From Felis catus (taxonomy: Eukaryota), in assembly GCF_018350175.1 (NCBI RefSeq), contig NC_058378.1, forward strand, positions 4,650,001 through 4,714,000: 64,000 nucleotides of DNA, read 5' to 3'. Under the pieces are notes generated by a model. That model made no database searches. It saw nothing but the letters and a program-made list of their open reading frames with translations, and had not been told where the DNA came from. This document shows positions 1 through 12,021 of the stretch, one piece after another (within the stretch, counting starts at the first letter, position 1; each line of letters starts with the position of its first letter). A program made the position numbers and the translations under genes.

Positions 1-38
1 ACCACAGCTCAAGTCAGGCCAAGTAGTGATTCAATTAC
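1..38 (-). pseudogene. Relic coding exon (runs off the window edge) of an unidentified minus-strand gene
   Basis: Acceptor cattatcag| at 39-40. Phase 0 continues the frame of the 156-290 exon: VIESLLGLT*AV (one TGA). Intron 39-155 is 117 nt. Confidence 0.5.
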
Positions 39-155
39 CTGATAATGAATGATGAGCTGGGCCTTCGGATAGATTTCATGCTCTCCACTGACATTTTAAT
101 TACAAATGCCACAAATTGATCTATTGATACATCAGATAAAGGCATTCACACTTAC

Positions 156-290
156 CGCAAAACCATAGAGTTCTGTAAATTTGTCATGTGGTATTTCAGG
201 AGGCTGGTCTTTGTAAGTGCCTTTCATCAAGAAATGGATTTTTATGATGAAGTCCGCAGGCAAAGGCCTTATCCGTTTGACCACTAACAT
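156..290 (-). pseudogene. Relic coding exon, 135 nt, fully open
   Basis: Acceptor catttcttag| and donor |gtaagt. 45 uninterrupted codons, MLVVKRIRPLPADFIIKIHFLMKGTYKDQPPEIPHDKFTELYGFA, phase 0/0. Confidence 0.65.
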
Positions 291-569
291 CTAAGAAATG
301 TTCCCCTTATCTTGTTTATCTACAACCAATTACATAATGACAATTAAAAAATAAGACTGAAATTTGCTTACTTCTTGAATAAAGCAAATCTTTGCATTTA
401 GTACAAATAAACAAGCCTAAACCAATAAACGCAGCTCTTTCTGATAAATTTATGAGCCAGTTTCCTAAAGCAACACAGTTGCCGTTTCTGTAGACTCAGT
501 GAGGCTCTTTATAATGTTCTCGTTCGATCAGAATAAGAAGCACAAATAAAATACAATGCTTCCTGGTAC

Positions 570-721
570 CTTGAGGAGGGCTTAGTCAACACCAATGGCC
601 AACAGATTCACATGTTGCCAGTGACTCCATCTCCGAGATAAAGCTATAAACGTTTGACTAACTTCCAATGCAATATTTATGACAGTTCCCCCTTGGAAGT
701 AATTGCAATCTCCATAAATGC
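570..721 (-). pseudogene. Relic coding exon, 152 nt, one in-frame stop
   Basis: Acceptor ttcttattgtag| and donor AAG|gtacca. Phase 1/0 reads (G)IYGDCNYFQGGTVINIALEVSQTFIALSRRWSHWQHVNLLAIGVD*ALLK. Phases match both neighbours. Confidence 0.6.
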
Positions 722-878
722 CTACAATAAGAAAATATAGTTTGGGAAACATAGGTTTTTTAATGGTTCAGCAGAAGGTTAGAGTCAGAGTACTCATGAA
801 GGAGAGGAAGTCAGGTCATCCCAATCCTTTCTCTGCCTAGCAGTCATCTGCAAAGCTTAAAGATTCAGGCTGCTGTTC

Positions 879-1046
879 AGGAGCCTGGGTGGCTCAGTCG
901 GCTAAGCGTCCACCTTTAGCTGAGGTCATAATCTCGCGGTTCATGGGTTGAGCCCCACGTCAGGCTCTGTGCTGACAGCTCAGAGCCTGGAGCCTGCTTC
1001 AGATTCTGTCTCTGACTGTCTCTGCCTCTTCCGTGCTCATTTTCTC

Positions 1047-1103
<57 letters not shown>

Positions 1104-1130
1104 AATAAACATTAAAATTTTTTTTAAAAA
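879..1130 (+). mobile_element. Can-SINE (SINEC_Fc-like)
   Basis: tRNA-derived head, (CT)n, AATAAA/A tail. 14-bp TSD attcaggctgctgt at 863-876 and 1131-1144. Confidence 0.95.
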
Positions 1131-1429
1131 ATTCAGGCTGCTGTAAACACAGAAATATCTTTCTTGGTGAGAGAGTTTTCCTGTTGATCTTCTGCTTCTT
1201 AATGTCTCTGAAATCCAGCCATTATATGTGAACTGGATCAACATCACCATAAATACTGGAAACATTATGTATATAATTATATAAATACTGGCCGGGTGAG
1301 ACTATTTTCTGAGGCATGTATTTACGACACTGATTAAACAGAATACAAAATGTCACTGGCATTGATGTTTATTGTATTTCTTGAATTCAGTGTTTACTTT
1401 CCTTGGGGTTGTAACAATGGATGTGTTAC

Positions 1430-1562
1430 CAAAGATGTCGGGGGGAAAGATGTGGGTAAAACCTAATAAAAAACGAGAGCAGTGGTTGGCTAATCCTGAG
1501 TTCATAAATAAGATACTTTCCCCCAAATGGAAAATGTCATTTCCCTGGGTATTTTTCAATAA
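1430..1562 (-). pseudogene. Relic coding exon, 133 nt, fully open
   Basis: Acceptor cctcag| and donor TTG|gtaaca. Reads LLKNTQGNDIFHLGESILFMNSGLANHCSRFLLGFTHIFPPDIF(G); phase 0/1 matches the next exon. Overlaps ORF 1353..1559. Confidence 0.55.
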
Positions 1563-1845
1563 CTGAGGCTAGCTGGGGCTACCTTGCCAATGCACATTCT
1601 TAAAAAGTAAGAGGTAAGTGAATTAGAAAAGTTTTTGGGACTTCATGCTATCAAATTATAAGTTCAATGCATTTTTTTTTTCCCACTGAAGTGACTAGTT
1701 GTTACACACAGTTCATTTAAATCGAGCGGCAGGTTAAACAGTACCCATGTGACACTAAAATAGATTGACTCAAAGGGAAAAGTAAAATCAAGCAGATTGG
1801 GTTCACACACATTCGACTGACTGATAGAACTTTCCACATTCTGAC

Positions 1846-3291
1846 CTTTCCCCGAGACATAAACTCCATAAAACCCGAAGACTTGTGTGTAGAGAGAAGT
1901 GAGTGTTTTGGAGGAGAAGATGTGACTTTTTCCTCTACGACTTTCCCAGGATTAAACGCACCATTAAGAGCACAAGATTCAGCCTCTCCATCCCCGCCCT
2001 TTCAGAGAAGGATGTGATACATCCTTGCAACGGCCTCCTGCATACTGAGCAGACAAACTGGCCCGCCCCCAGGCAGTGCTGAAAAACAGACAGTCTGGTC
2101 TGGGGACCCTCCCTGAATGAGAGCCCTGCTCCTGCCTGATAACACCTCCACCCCTGTTCCCACGCTGTCTGGTCACTAGGGTGACTTGTGACTTGCAGCC
2201 ACACCACGTTCAGGCCAGTATTTCTCGAGAGGATTCAAGATCCAAAACCCTTCTCAACCCAACGGAGACCAAAGCTTTAAGTGAGTGCTTTCACTGCCTG
2301 CTTGTGATAGTCTACTAACCACCAGAATCTATAAAGTTAAAGTCTGCTAATGACTTAACCTTCCACGGGACGGTTACACTTCAGAGCACGAGTCTGACAC
2401 AGGGGAGGTCCAGGGAGACCTCTGTATTCGCTGCTAGGCTGAGAGAGAGAAAGGGTTTGCGGTCTGGATCGCCCGAATGCTCTCGAGTCTGGGACGGCAC
2501 GCCGTTGTTAACACACTGATTCAGATTCCGGCTACCAAGGTCACCGAGGGAGGAAGAACCACATGTGCAGCTCTTCAAACACCCAGGTTGCGGGGACTCT
2601 GACTCGCTGTGGTCGAGGCAGTGGTCGAAAACTCACGATTTGTTTTTAAAGCCACACGGACACTGAGGCACGGAGTTCAGTGCCACTTGGAACTGGATTC
2701 TGGACACCCCATCGTTACTGAGATCCGTTCTGGCATTACATCTCTCTCTCCTCGATGGTGAGAGTAGAACACGCAGTACATTGCTTCTTCTGTCAAAGTT
2801 TTCTTGGACACCGAGACGTATAAGCAGAGATCTTCAGAACCCGTGTGGGGTTCCGTCAGGGTTTAGATCCCAGATTTTCCGTTTCTTGGAATACTCCGCA
2901 TTGATGAAGGAGCAGCGGAAGCCCGAGATGACTGCACTCCGACACCAAAATGAGTAAGCAGGACTCACAAAAAGCATCCCCGGCCACGCCGTCGATATGG
3001 TAAAAGCAAGTTCCCTGTGGACATTTGAAAGGGTCCATGTCTCTTTCAGCCAGCGCATCCTGGGTGGGCTTCCTGTGCAAGAGTGACTGTAAGAGAGACC
3101 CTCACTGCTGGCCGACTACAGGTGCCTCCTGGACAGCGCCACACGCCTTAACGGGAGCACTTCTGCCCCTGCGATCCCAGGCTGCAGAAGGACTGTGTTT
3201 GGAGAGGACCACGTCAGGCCTAATTAAGTCTGCTTTCCATAGCCAAGGTCAACTCAGCACTGCACGGGAGTTACGGGAAATCCTAAGATTT
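1846..3291 (-). pseudogene. Large (~1.45 kb) decayed exon, probably a low-complexity/disordered region
   Basis: Acceptor ttatttacag| at 3292-3293 and donor AAG|gtcaga at 1844-1845. No recognisable repeats; CpG-richer than its flanks; several short minus ORFs. The 3' end reads ...TSSPPKHSLLSTHKSSGFMEFMSRGK in phase 0 into the 1430-1562 exon. Confidence 0.45.
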
Positions 3292-4589
3292 CTGTAAATA
3301 ACTGGACAGACCCATCCTGTCTCACTCACTCAAAAGCCAACTTGGAGTCTAATAAATTAAATCATTAACATTTAGATGCACGTGTGTGGGCCACGTTCTG
3401 AGTCAGTCTGGCTCCCTAAATCTGGCCACCCGGACACCGAATGTTTTTAGAGCCCCTCCTCATTACGAAGGCAGTGGAATGTGATTTCCCGTGAGGTTTC
3501 TAAATGATAATTTTTTTGCTCTGATTTGGAGGATAGTAGAGTCTGGCCAGTTACAACCATGTTATTTAACGTTCAACAAGAGGTTAAGAGTGAGGACTTT
3601 GGTATTTTGGTGCTGAAGTTCATATTTCATAAATACGATTCATTTCAAAATTATCTGTCCCTACAAAATGCCTTTGGCTCACAGCTCAGTGGGTTGAACA
3701 TTCCTATCTCTGAGCCATGTGATAATGGCAAAGACACTTCATCTCTCACCTTGGGCTTCTCAGCTGGAAAATGATAAGGCTGAACTTACCCTCAAAATCC
3801 AGGGAGTGGTGAGAAATAGCTACTGCCCCTCATACGTCTTGTGTTCAGAGATATGAATGCACTGTGAGCTGAAGCGATGCGCTTTCCCCCACTAGAGAAA
3901 GAGCCACAGAATAGTTAATGAGAATAGATACAATTCACTGGGTAACACATTTGAGGAAAAAAGCTTAAAGTGACAAGCGGGGATTTCTCTTGACCCGTCC
4001 AACTGTACTGCACTTTTCTCTGTCAGAGGTTTTTACGAAGTAATTGCAGCTAATGACTCGCTGTCATCACGAGAATTTGGGAGAAGTCTACACCTGACCC
4101 TCCCAGTACTACCATTACTTGGGCACGAAAGAAACAATAATATCCTTTGACTGCCTATTATATGCCAGGCATTCTGGCATGTCTGTGTGTCTCATTTAAT
4201 ACAATAACCCTAAGGCACAGGCGTAATTACTTCCACTTAGCAACGAGGAAAGTGACATTCAGAGAAGTTAAGTAGCTACGTGAAGGTGGCACAGGCAGAA
4301 AAGGATAGAATCGGACTTGAACTCGAGCTCTGTTTGATGCCAACATGGTTTTTCGCACCCCATACTTTCCCAACATCCAGCAAATCCCAGTGTTGGTGGG
4401 GAGCCGAAAGGGCATGCCAAGTCCTAGCTCCTCCCTCTCCTCCCAAACTCCCTTCCTTTGTCTGCACTCTGAGCCCTTTGGCTCTGGTTGCTGGAAAACA
4501 CAGCCTTGAAGAATTTCACGGTGACCAATTCGGCTCAGAGATTAGACCTTCCCGATGCTGTTTATACTGACCAGTCTCTCCAGCACGAG

Positions 4590-4950
4590 GCGTTGCCCTC
4601 TTTTTCCCTGGCCTGGCTCTGTGTCCTACGTGGGCTGCTCCCCGGCCCTCTGGCTTCTTCTGGGTTCACCTAATAGGGGACACCGGCAAGGATCGGAAAG
4701 CCCAAGGGGAGACAAGTCAAGGTGGGGTCATCACCGTCACCCCCCTCGCACATCCTGCCCACCTGCCGTCTGGCACCAGGCGGTCTCTGCTTTTTTCCTT
4801 TCCTGTCTCCTGGGGCCCGGAGGTTGCCTGCCTCATGGCGCCTTGTCATCCCTCAGAGTCTGCTCACATCTCTGTATCTAGCTCTTCAATAAACAGGGGC
4901 GTGAACCTTCTGGTGAGCCGTCTGCTTCCTGCCCAGCCCCCGACTGGCAC
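4590..4950 (+). mobile_element. Old ERVL-class LTR fragment (LTR33-like)
   Basis: 3' end aataaa...ctgcttcctgcccagccccgactggcaca resembles the LTR33/LTR40 terminus; highly diverged. Confidence 0.35.
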
Positions 4951-7076
4951 ACGTAATTACAGCGAATTACGATGAACTGCCATTGTCACGCTGCCCAGGA
5001 CTCTCAATGTACCCCCAGAATCTGAAACACAAATATGTATAACTCGTGTTTTTACGGCCCAATGGCCCAAATTCATTGCCCAAGCCTCACAGACTAGTTC
5101 CTCAGTCTTGCCTCGGGATTGTTTCTCCCAGAGAATAATATCCTAGTCCTTAATATAGTCTCTTCCTTTGTCTCTGTACACAGAGACTAGCACAACTTTC
5201 TGTCTTAGAATCCTAGACATTCCACATCTCACTCAATCACAAGAGATATGCCTGCCTTCCCACTTCCTAAGAAAAAGTCTGGAAAAAAGAGTCCAACCCA
5301 CGTAGGTTAAAAAAAAAAAAGTACAGTATAAATAATAAATTTAAACCAAAGAAAAAAACATGTGACATATATTGTCTTCTAAACGTTTGCGTTAGATTGC
5401 TTGGTAAGTTATAAATGTTTACAAATGTTGCCATCAATATGTCCTTGAGATCTAAATCTTTTTCCTTTGCCAGGTTTGCTACTTTTTTGCAGTCTTCATG
5501 GTTTCTTTGAAATTGGTTTCAGATACATTGTGTTTGGCGTAGGGCACTTTGATTCCAAGCCAATTTAGTTTGTTCCTGTGGACCAGGGAGTCTGGGGAGG
5601 GGGGAGAAGCAAGAGAGGCTGTGGCTGAGGGCAGGAGAGGCCACATCAATAATTATTATAAAATGTATCTCTGAAAAGGAGAGGTCATTTTAGAAATGGC
5701 TGACTTCTCAGAGGTGGATAAATGCTCCCGAGATGTGGCTCCTGAATGCTTGGCTCACTGTCTTGATGGGGAGAAAAAGCCCTAAACCATTGTGGGGCCA
5801 CTACGGACAGCAGCAAAGCCTGGGACAGTGATGGTGGCTCTAAAACTGTGCAGTGACCGTTGTCGCCAGCCGCAATCCTTTCCCCAGTTCCCAGATATGA
5901 CCATATATAACACTTGCTTTTACTTTCTACTAGTTTGGATGATCCTTGTAATAATACATCTAGAGGTTGACTGCAACATGTGTAAACAGTTATAGCTTAT
6001 TAGGCAATTTACTGTAAAAGTTTAAAAGCCAGGATGTATCAAGTGCTTAACCCAATGGTTTCCTTGATTTCTATTTATTTACACTGTGCTTCCTCCCCGC
6101 TGTGGATTAGACTACTTCTTCCCAGCAGACAAGACACATTCCTGCTATGTAGGGTCCTGGATGGGGCTTCAGGATGACTGAGGATCTCTCAGGGTTTAGG
6201 TTAGGGGGTTCCCAAAGTATCACCAGAACCACCTGATCAGAGTTCCAGATACAAGTCCCCAGGCTCTACCCTGAACCTTCTGGTTCGGGTTCTAATAAGG
6301 CTCTGAAAATTGCATTTATTTCTCCCCAAATGAGAATCGTTTACCAGTGCAAAGGTTTTTAGCAGTTCGAATATCTCGAGAATCTATGAGCCTCCAACTG
6401 GCAGGCCAGAAAAACACTGCTTTTTATAACCATCTCAACAGATCCAATCACTGAATGGACTTTCACAACTGCATAGAGCATACCTGCCACCTACCTAAGG
6501 CTTTAATAAAGGAAAGGATGTATATGAGAGGAGCAAGAGGGTACAGACAAATAGCAGGGCCCCCAGATCCTTCTAGGCACAGCTCTGACAAAGCCTGTTC
6601 ACTGGAGGTAGCTCTTTGTTACAGAGAACAGATTGCACATATTTCCAAAAGGTTCCTTTCTCCTCCTCGCTGACAAAGACACAGTCATTTTTCTTGGCTG
6701 TGTGCTTGGTGAGATTCCTGGAGGTAAGGGCCCTGAATGTACAGTCCCCCTCCTAAAACTGTGCTCTCAGGACTTTCTCATTCCCAAAGTGGTCCACACT
6801 GAGCCTCCAGCATCATCAAAGTTACCATGTAAGTGTTTCTACGGTTTCTGCCCCAGCTAAGCTGATGTCAGTTGTCTTTCTCAGTATTCACTTGTCCCCA
6901 GGTTTTGAAGTGGCCATTTGTCCCGTGAGTTCAATTCTTTAACAGGTTCCAGAAAAGTTGTTGATTTTCTGTGCATTCAGCGTTTTTCCTGTTGGAACAA
7001 CGGGAAAATGATTTCCAAGCTGTCACATGCCAGAGTTGAAACTTCAAGTACAACAATGTTTTTATAAAGAATTCCA

Positions 7077-7279
7077 GGGGTGCCTGGGTGGCTCAGTCAG
7101 TTAAGCGTCCGACTTCAGCTCTGATCATGATCTCACAGTTCATGGGTTTGAGCCCCGCGTCAGGCTGTGCTGACAGCTCAGAGCCCGGAGCCTGCTTCGG
7201 ATTCTGTGTGTCCCTTTCTCTGCCCCTCCCCCACTCGCACTGTGTCACTCTCTCTCAAAAAATAAACATTAAAAAAATT
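7077..7279 (+). mobile_element. Can-SINE
   Basis: ggggtgcctgggtggctcagtcagttaag head and A-rich tail; tttataaagaa repeated on both flanks. Confidence 0.95.
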
Positions 7280-7702
7280 TATAAAGAAGTTCTGAGTCCT
7301 GTTGGGGTATAAGTGAGAGGAAGTAATGACAAAATATGACACGAGAAATGACCTGAAATATCTTTCATATTGTAGATAATATGTACGGAACTTTGCGGTT
7401 TTCCTGTCGGTGCAAAAGCAAGTTAATGAAAAAAATCAATGGGATAGACAAGCTTAATTAATTAATTAAATTGTTTTCTTAATTTAAAAAGTAAAGTATC
7501 TTTCTTACTTAAAAAAGTAAAAAAAATCAAGTCCATTTTAGAACATTTTTGTAAAAATGAACATTTTATTTGAGAGGCAAAAATTGTTAATTTGTTACAT
7601 ACAAATATTCAGGTTCTGTCATTTTGTAGAACAACCTGATGTTTCATCAACAGAGTGATTGTGGTCTCAGCCAGTCTTATTCTTTACAGTAAGCTCCTTC
7701 TG

Positions 7703-7897
7703 TTTTTTCTTCAAAGGTTTATTTATACATTTTGAGAGAGTGTTCGGGAAGAGCAGAGAGAGAGCGAGAATCTCAAGCAGGCTCAGGCGCTGTCAGCACC
7801 GAGCCCCAAGCAGGGTTCGAACTCCTGAACCTGAGATCATGACCTGAGCCGCAGCCAAGGTTTGGACGCTTAATGGACTGAGCCCCACAGGCCCGCC
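7703..7897 (-). mobile_element. Can-SINE (older, diverged)
   Basis: Reverse-complement body: gctgtcagcac, gagatcatgacctgagcc. Confidence 0.85.
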
Positions 7898-8015
7898 TGT
7901 AGGAACCTCCTGATGAACGGTACTGCTCATCCGTAAAGGATAAATGAGTGGCCCAGAGGAAAGTCTCCCAGGCAGCTTTGGAAGTAAGTACGCACCAGAA
8001 AGCACATTATCTTAC

Positions 8016-8570
8016 TCGCTTTTGCTGCTAGACACTGGTTATTCCATTCAGCTGACCCGTATCACCTGAATTAAGAGCATGAGAAATCTGAAAACTGCAT
8101 TCAGTGTGTGTGCTATGGAAGTCTGAAAAAAATAATGCTATGAATTGTAACAGGGTTCTTTTATTTTTTCCTTTGAATAAGGGTGATGATACGTTCTCTA
8201 GCCCTCTTCTAATCTTTGAAAATAGGTTACCACAATGCATTTGGGAATGCACAGGTGCATACAAACACACACCAATGATATTTATTTAGAATCACAAAGG
8301 ATTTTATACTGCCAGTTTTCACATGCCTCACAATAAAGATATGCTATTTCTAAATTTTCTGGCACGACGATATGCCAAGCAAGGAATGATTTAATCAGGC
8401 CTTTGGAAATCATTCAGTTTTACATATGTGTGATCAGGGAATACAGATTAATTGGAAAAGAAAATGCAGTGTCACCAAAAGGAATATTGATCTTACCAGA
8501 TGGCTGGAAGGTGGCTGCTGTAGTAATCTATTGGAAATATCCTAGCTGGCCCTTTAAAATTTATTTTTCA
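8016..8570 (-). pseudogene. Two possible small relic exons (8016-8065 and 8497-8570)
   Basis: Each has an AG acceptor and a |gtaaga donor on the minus strand, but no clean reading frame. Confidence 0.25.
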
Positions 8571-8719
8571 CTATAATTTAAAGAATTTGAAAGCCATATT
8601 CTTTCTGCAAGTTACAAAACTATTGTCTCACTTCAAAAATGTATCCTTTTCCCACTCCAGCACAAATTACTTATCGCTAGAGGTCTTCACAAGGGTGTGG
8701 GAAGTATGTTTACTCTAAC

Positions 8720-9229
8720 ACTGTCAGGAATAAAACCTTTCCCTTCTTCCCTTCTGGGTTTTTTGGCTGGGCTTTTAATTATTAATTAAATTGACGGGAA
8801 ACATAAACAGGAGTAAAACAAATTGAACGTTGTGTATGGGACTCAAGGAATGAACAAAAGAGACAGGCTTTATACCTTTTAGACAAAGAACAGTGTATTT
8901 GTGAAGAATTGAAAAGACAAGGGAGTTGGGAGTGAGGTAGTGATTTAGTGAAGATCTGTTTAATACAGCCTTCTGCGCCCAGAATTCCCCGTCTCTGATA
9001 AGGAGGTAAGATAGGCCCCAGAAGGACAATATGGATGCCTTCTACCCTCAGGGCAGCGGAGTGGGGGGGGGGGAGGGGGGGAGGGAGACCCTCAATGGAA
9101 ATCTATTTCCTGCTTTCTGGGGGAAAGAAGGAGGCTCAGAATATCCTTCTGACACTTAAGTAACTTCAGTTCAAAATGGTCACTACACCCAAGGGGCACA
9201 TTTTGGGTGAAACGTTCTGCTACCCTTCA
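8720..9229 (-). mobile_element. ERV1-class solo LTR (MER41/CarLTR-like)
   Basis: Minus strand begins tgaagggtagcagaa...cccaaaatgtgcc and contains ctttgtctaaaag, typical of MER41/MER4-group LTRs. Confidence 0.6.
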
Positions 9230-9875
9230 ATATCCTTTTAACTAAAAGTGGAGTCAGATCTCCAGAGAACATTTAGTTACATCATGAAGGTAGGAAATTT
9301 GACTAACCTCTTGTTTTCTTTGACAGTGTTAATAAGAGAATTCTGTTTGATTTTTATTAAATCTCTTTCCCAGAAAGAAAGCCCACACCTGACTGTAGGT
9401 GACAAGACAGATGTATTTACATGTTCTTTGCACAAACGTAGAAAAAAGATGAAAAGGAAATGTTGAGGTTTTTTTTTTCTCTCATTGTATGAAATTATAT
9501 TGTGACTATCCAGTGTTGTCTTGTGTGTTTAGACATCTTGTGTAGAAATTTGATTTGTTGAAATAAATAAGTAAACAAACAAACAAACAACCATCCTCAA
9601 CTGTTAGTAGATGTTGTTCTATTATAACTTGGGTAAGTTATCTTTCTAAAACAAGGCATAAAGAATTGTGAGGCATATGCTATCTTAAATTGCAAGATAT
9701 GTTAATGATAGTTAAAAAATTTTAANNNNNNNNNNNNNNNNNNNNNNNNNNNNNNNNNNNNNNNNNNNNNNNNNNNNNNNNNNNNNNNNNNNNNNNNNNN
9801 NNNNNNNNNNNNNNNNNNNNNNNNNNNNNNNNNNNNNNNNNNNNNNNNNNNNNNNNNNNNNNNNNNNNNNNNNNN

Positions 9876-9970
9876 AGCCTAATGCGGAGCTCAATCCCAT
9901 GAACCATGAAATCATGCCGAGTTGAAATCAAGAGTCAGATACTCAACCAACTGAGCCATCCAGGTGCCCC
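9876..9970 (-). mobile_element. Can-SINE 5' part; remainder lies in gap 9726-9875
   Basis: ...caaccaactgagccatccaggtgcccc is the reverse complement of the SINE head. Confidence 0.85.
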
Positions 9971-11916
9971 AGAAATTCTCTTTCTAAATCTCCTTGACCC
10001 CCCCCCCAAATTTCACAGGTCAGGAAGCTATGTCTCTGGAAGGATCACCAAAATGATAGAGCGGTAACCAGAAGCCTGTTTCCTGATTTTCAGGCCCAGT
10101 GCTCTTTCCAAGTGCAATCTCTAGTCGCTCATCCAGCCTGCAGCACAGGATGGCACCCATCCGGTGGTTTTCGAGTGTGGGAAGTGTGCAAGAATGACAA
10201 GAATCCTGTCAAAGGGAGGGAGACACTCCCCAGCAACAACCTAAGAAACCAATGACCAAAGCCAGCAAAGAACTTCCTACTCAGATTACCTAAATCTTCA
10301 CAAATTGTGAATTTACAAAAGAATAGATGGGCCCAATTTAAGAGCTTTCGGTTTTTCTAAGTGGAGCACTCACATGGTGAGTGAAAAAGAAATTGGCCAG
10401 GTCCATGAGGGCATTCTGATAGCCNNNNNNNNNNNNNNNNNNNNNNNNNNNNNNNNNNNNNNNNNNNNNNNNNNNNNNNNNNNNNNNNNNNNNNNNNNNN
10501 NNNNNNNNNNNNNNNNNNNNNNNNNNNNNNNNNNNNNNNNNNNNNNNNNNNNNNNNNNNNNNNNNNNNNNNNNNNNNNNNNNNNNNNNNNNNNNNNNNNN
10601 NNNNNNNNNNNNNNNNNNNNNNNNNNNNNNNNNNNNNNNNNNNNNNNNNNNNNNNNNNNNNNNNNNNNNNNNNNNNNNNNNNNNNNNNNNNNNNNNNNNN
10701 NNNNNNNNNNNNNNNNNNNNNNNNNNNNNNNNNNNNNNNNNNNNNNNNNNNNNNNNNNNNNNNNNNNNNNNNNNNNNNNNNNNAAGGGAGAAAATTTGTC
10801 TGGGAAAGCAAGAAAACGGGGTTCTAACAATAAAGTTGATGAAGTGTTAGCTGAATAGTGCTTTATGAATCTTTGTCCACAAATTCTCAGTTACTCATTT
10901 CTCATTCATCTGGGAGGAATGTGGATGTATTCAGGGACTCCATAAAACCGAGTCCCGCTCTGGCTGGGAACACATGTGCCCACAGGGGCTACAGGGCTAC
11001 TGCCCCAGTAAATCAGACCTTCCCAGCTGGTAGGAGGGAGCCTGGTGGGACCCACAGGTGCCGAAGTGCTGGTCCCCATGCCCCTCAGGGAAGCTGGATG
11101 GAGCCCAATGCTGTCAGACCCCGACCAGCAAACAGAACTCTGCCATCGGGGATGGACCATAAAGTAGGGACTGTCCTCTCTGCCTGCCGCCTCCTTTTTA
11201 AACGACGTTTACAGGAAAGAGAGCATTTGGATTACACAAAAAATAATACATTCTGGCTCCTAATTTCAGCTCCAACACGTAAAGGGCTTAGAAATCCAAC
11301 TCCCACCTTCACAACAACAAAACGCCAAACAAACTGAACACTAGTGACTTTTCTTAAGTCCTTCAGAGAACGGAGTTCACAAGGCAAAGCATGTGAATAC
11401 GAAACCCCCGTCCCTGTGTAGTGGCTGCAGACTGAAGGATTTAGTTCCTCCTGAGGCTCCTGCTTTTCGTGTCCCGATGCCACCCTGGCCGCGCAGAAAC
11501 ACACCCCTCTTTCAGCCCCGGGTCTACCAGGCCCTCCTCTCGGGATCTGTGCAGTCACCTGGCCCGGGAGCCATGGAGGGAGGCGGTCCTGAGCTCGTCG
11601 GCACGGACGCCCTCACGCCGGAGCCCACAGCCCCCCGGACCCTCGTCTGTACTCCTTCCCTGCTCACCCAGCTCCCAGCTGCCTGGGCTGTGGCCTTCTG
11701 GACGACGAGGCTCTCTTAACCCCTGTACCTGCGTGTGCCCTTTGCCCCAGTCCCGGCCCCCTTGTGAAAGGTTCTCGTGGGGAGGGTCTGTCTGCCCCGT
11801 GGTCCCCAGCCAGGGTCCCAGGTGGGGAGTGGCCCTGAAGAGAGCAGCAGAACATACCCACCGCTCGTTATCAAACAGGCGACTTGTGGGAGGGGGCTGG
11901 CCGAGTATTCTGAGTG

Positions 11917-12021
11917 CACACGCGCACACATACGCACACACGCGCGCACACGCACACACACGCGCATACACACGCACGCGCACACGTGCATGCATACACA
12001 CGCACACGCGCACACACATAC
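11917..12021. repeat. Alternating purine-pyrimidine (CA/CG/TA)n tract
   Basis: About 105 bp of cacacgcgcacacatacgcacacacgcgcgcacac... Confidence 0.9.

Noticed and set aside
570-721. VWA-domain reading of GGTVINIALE...LLAIGVD
   Set aside because: The spacing is too short and no TDG or DxSxS motif is seen; insufficient for a call.
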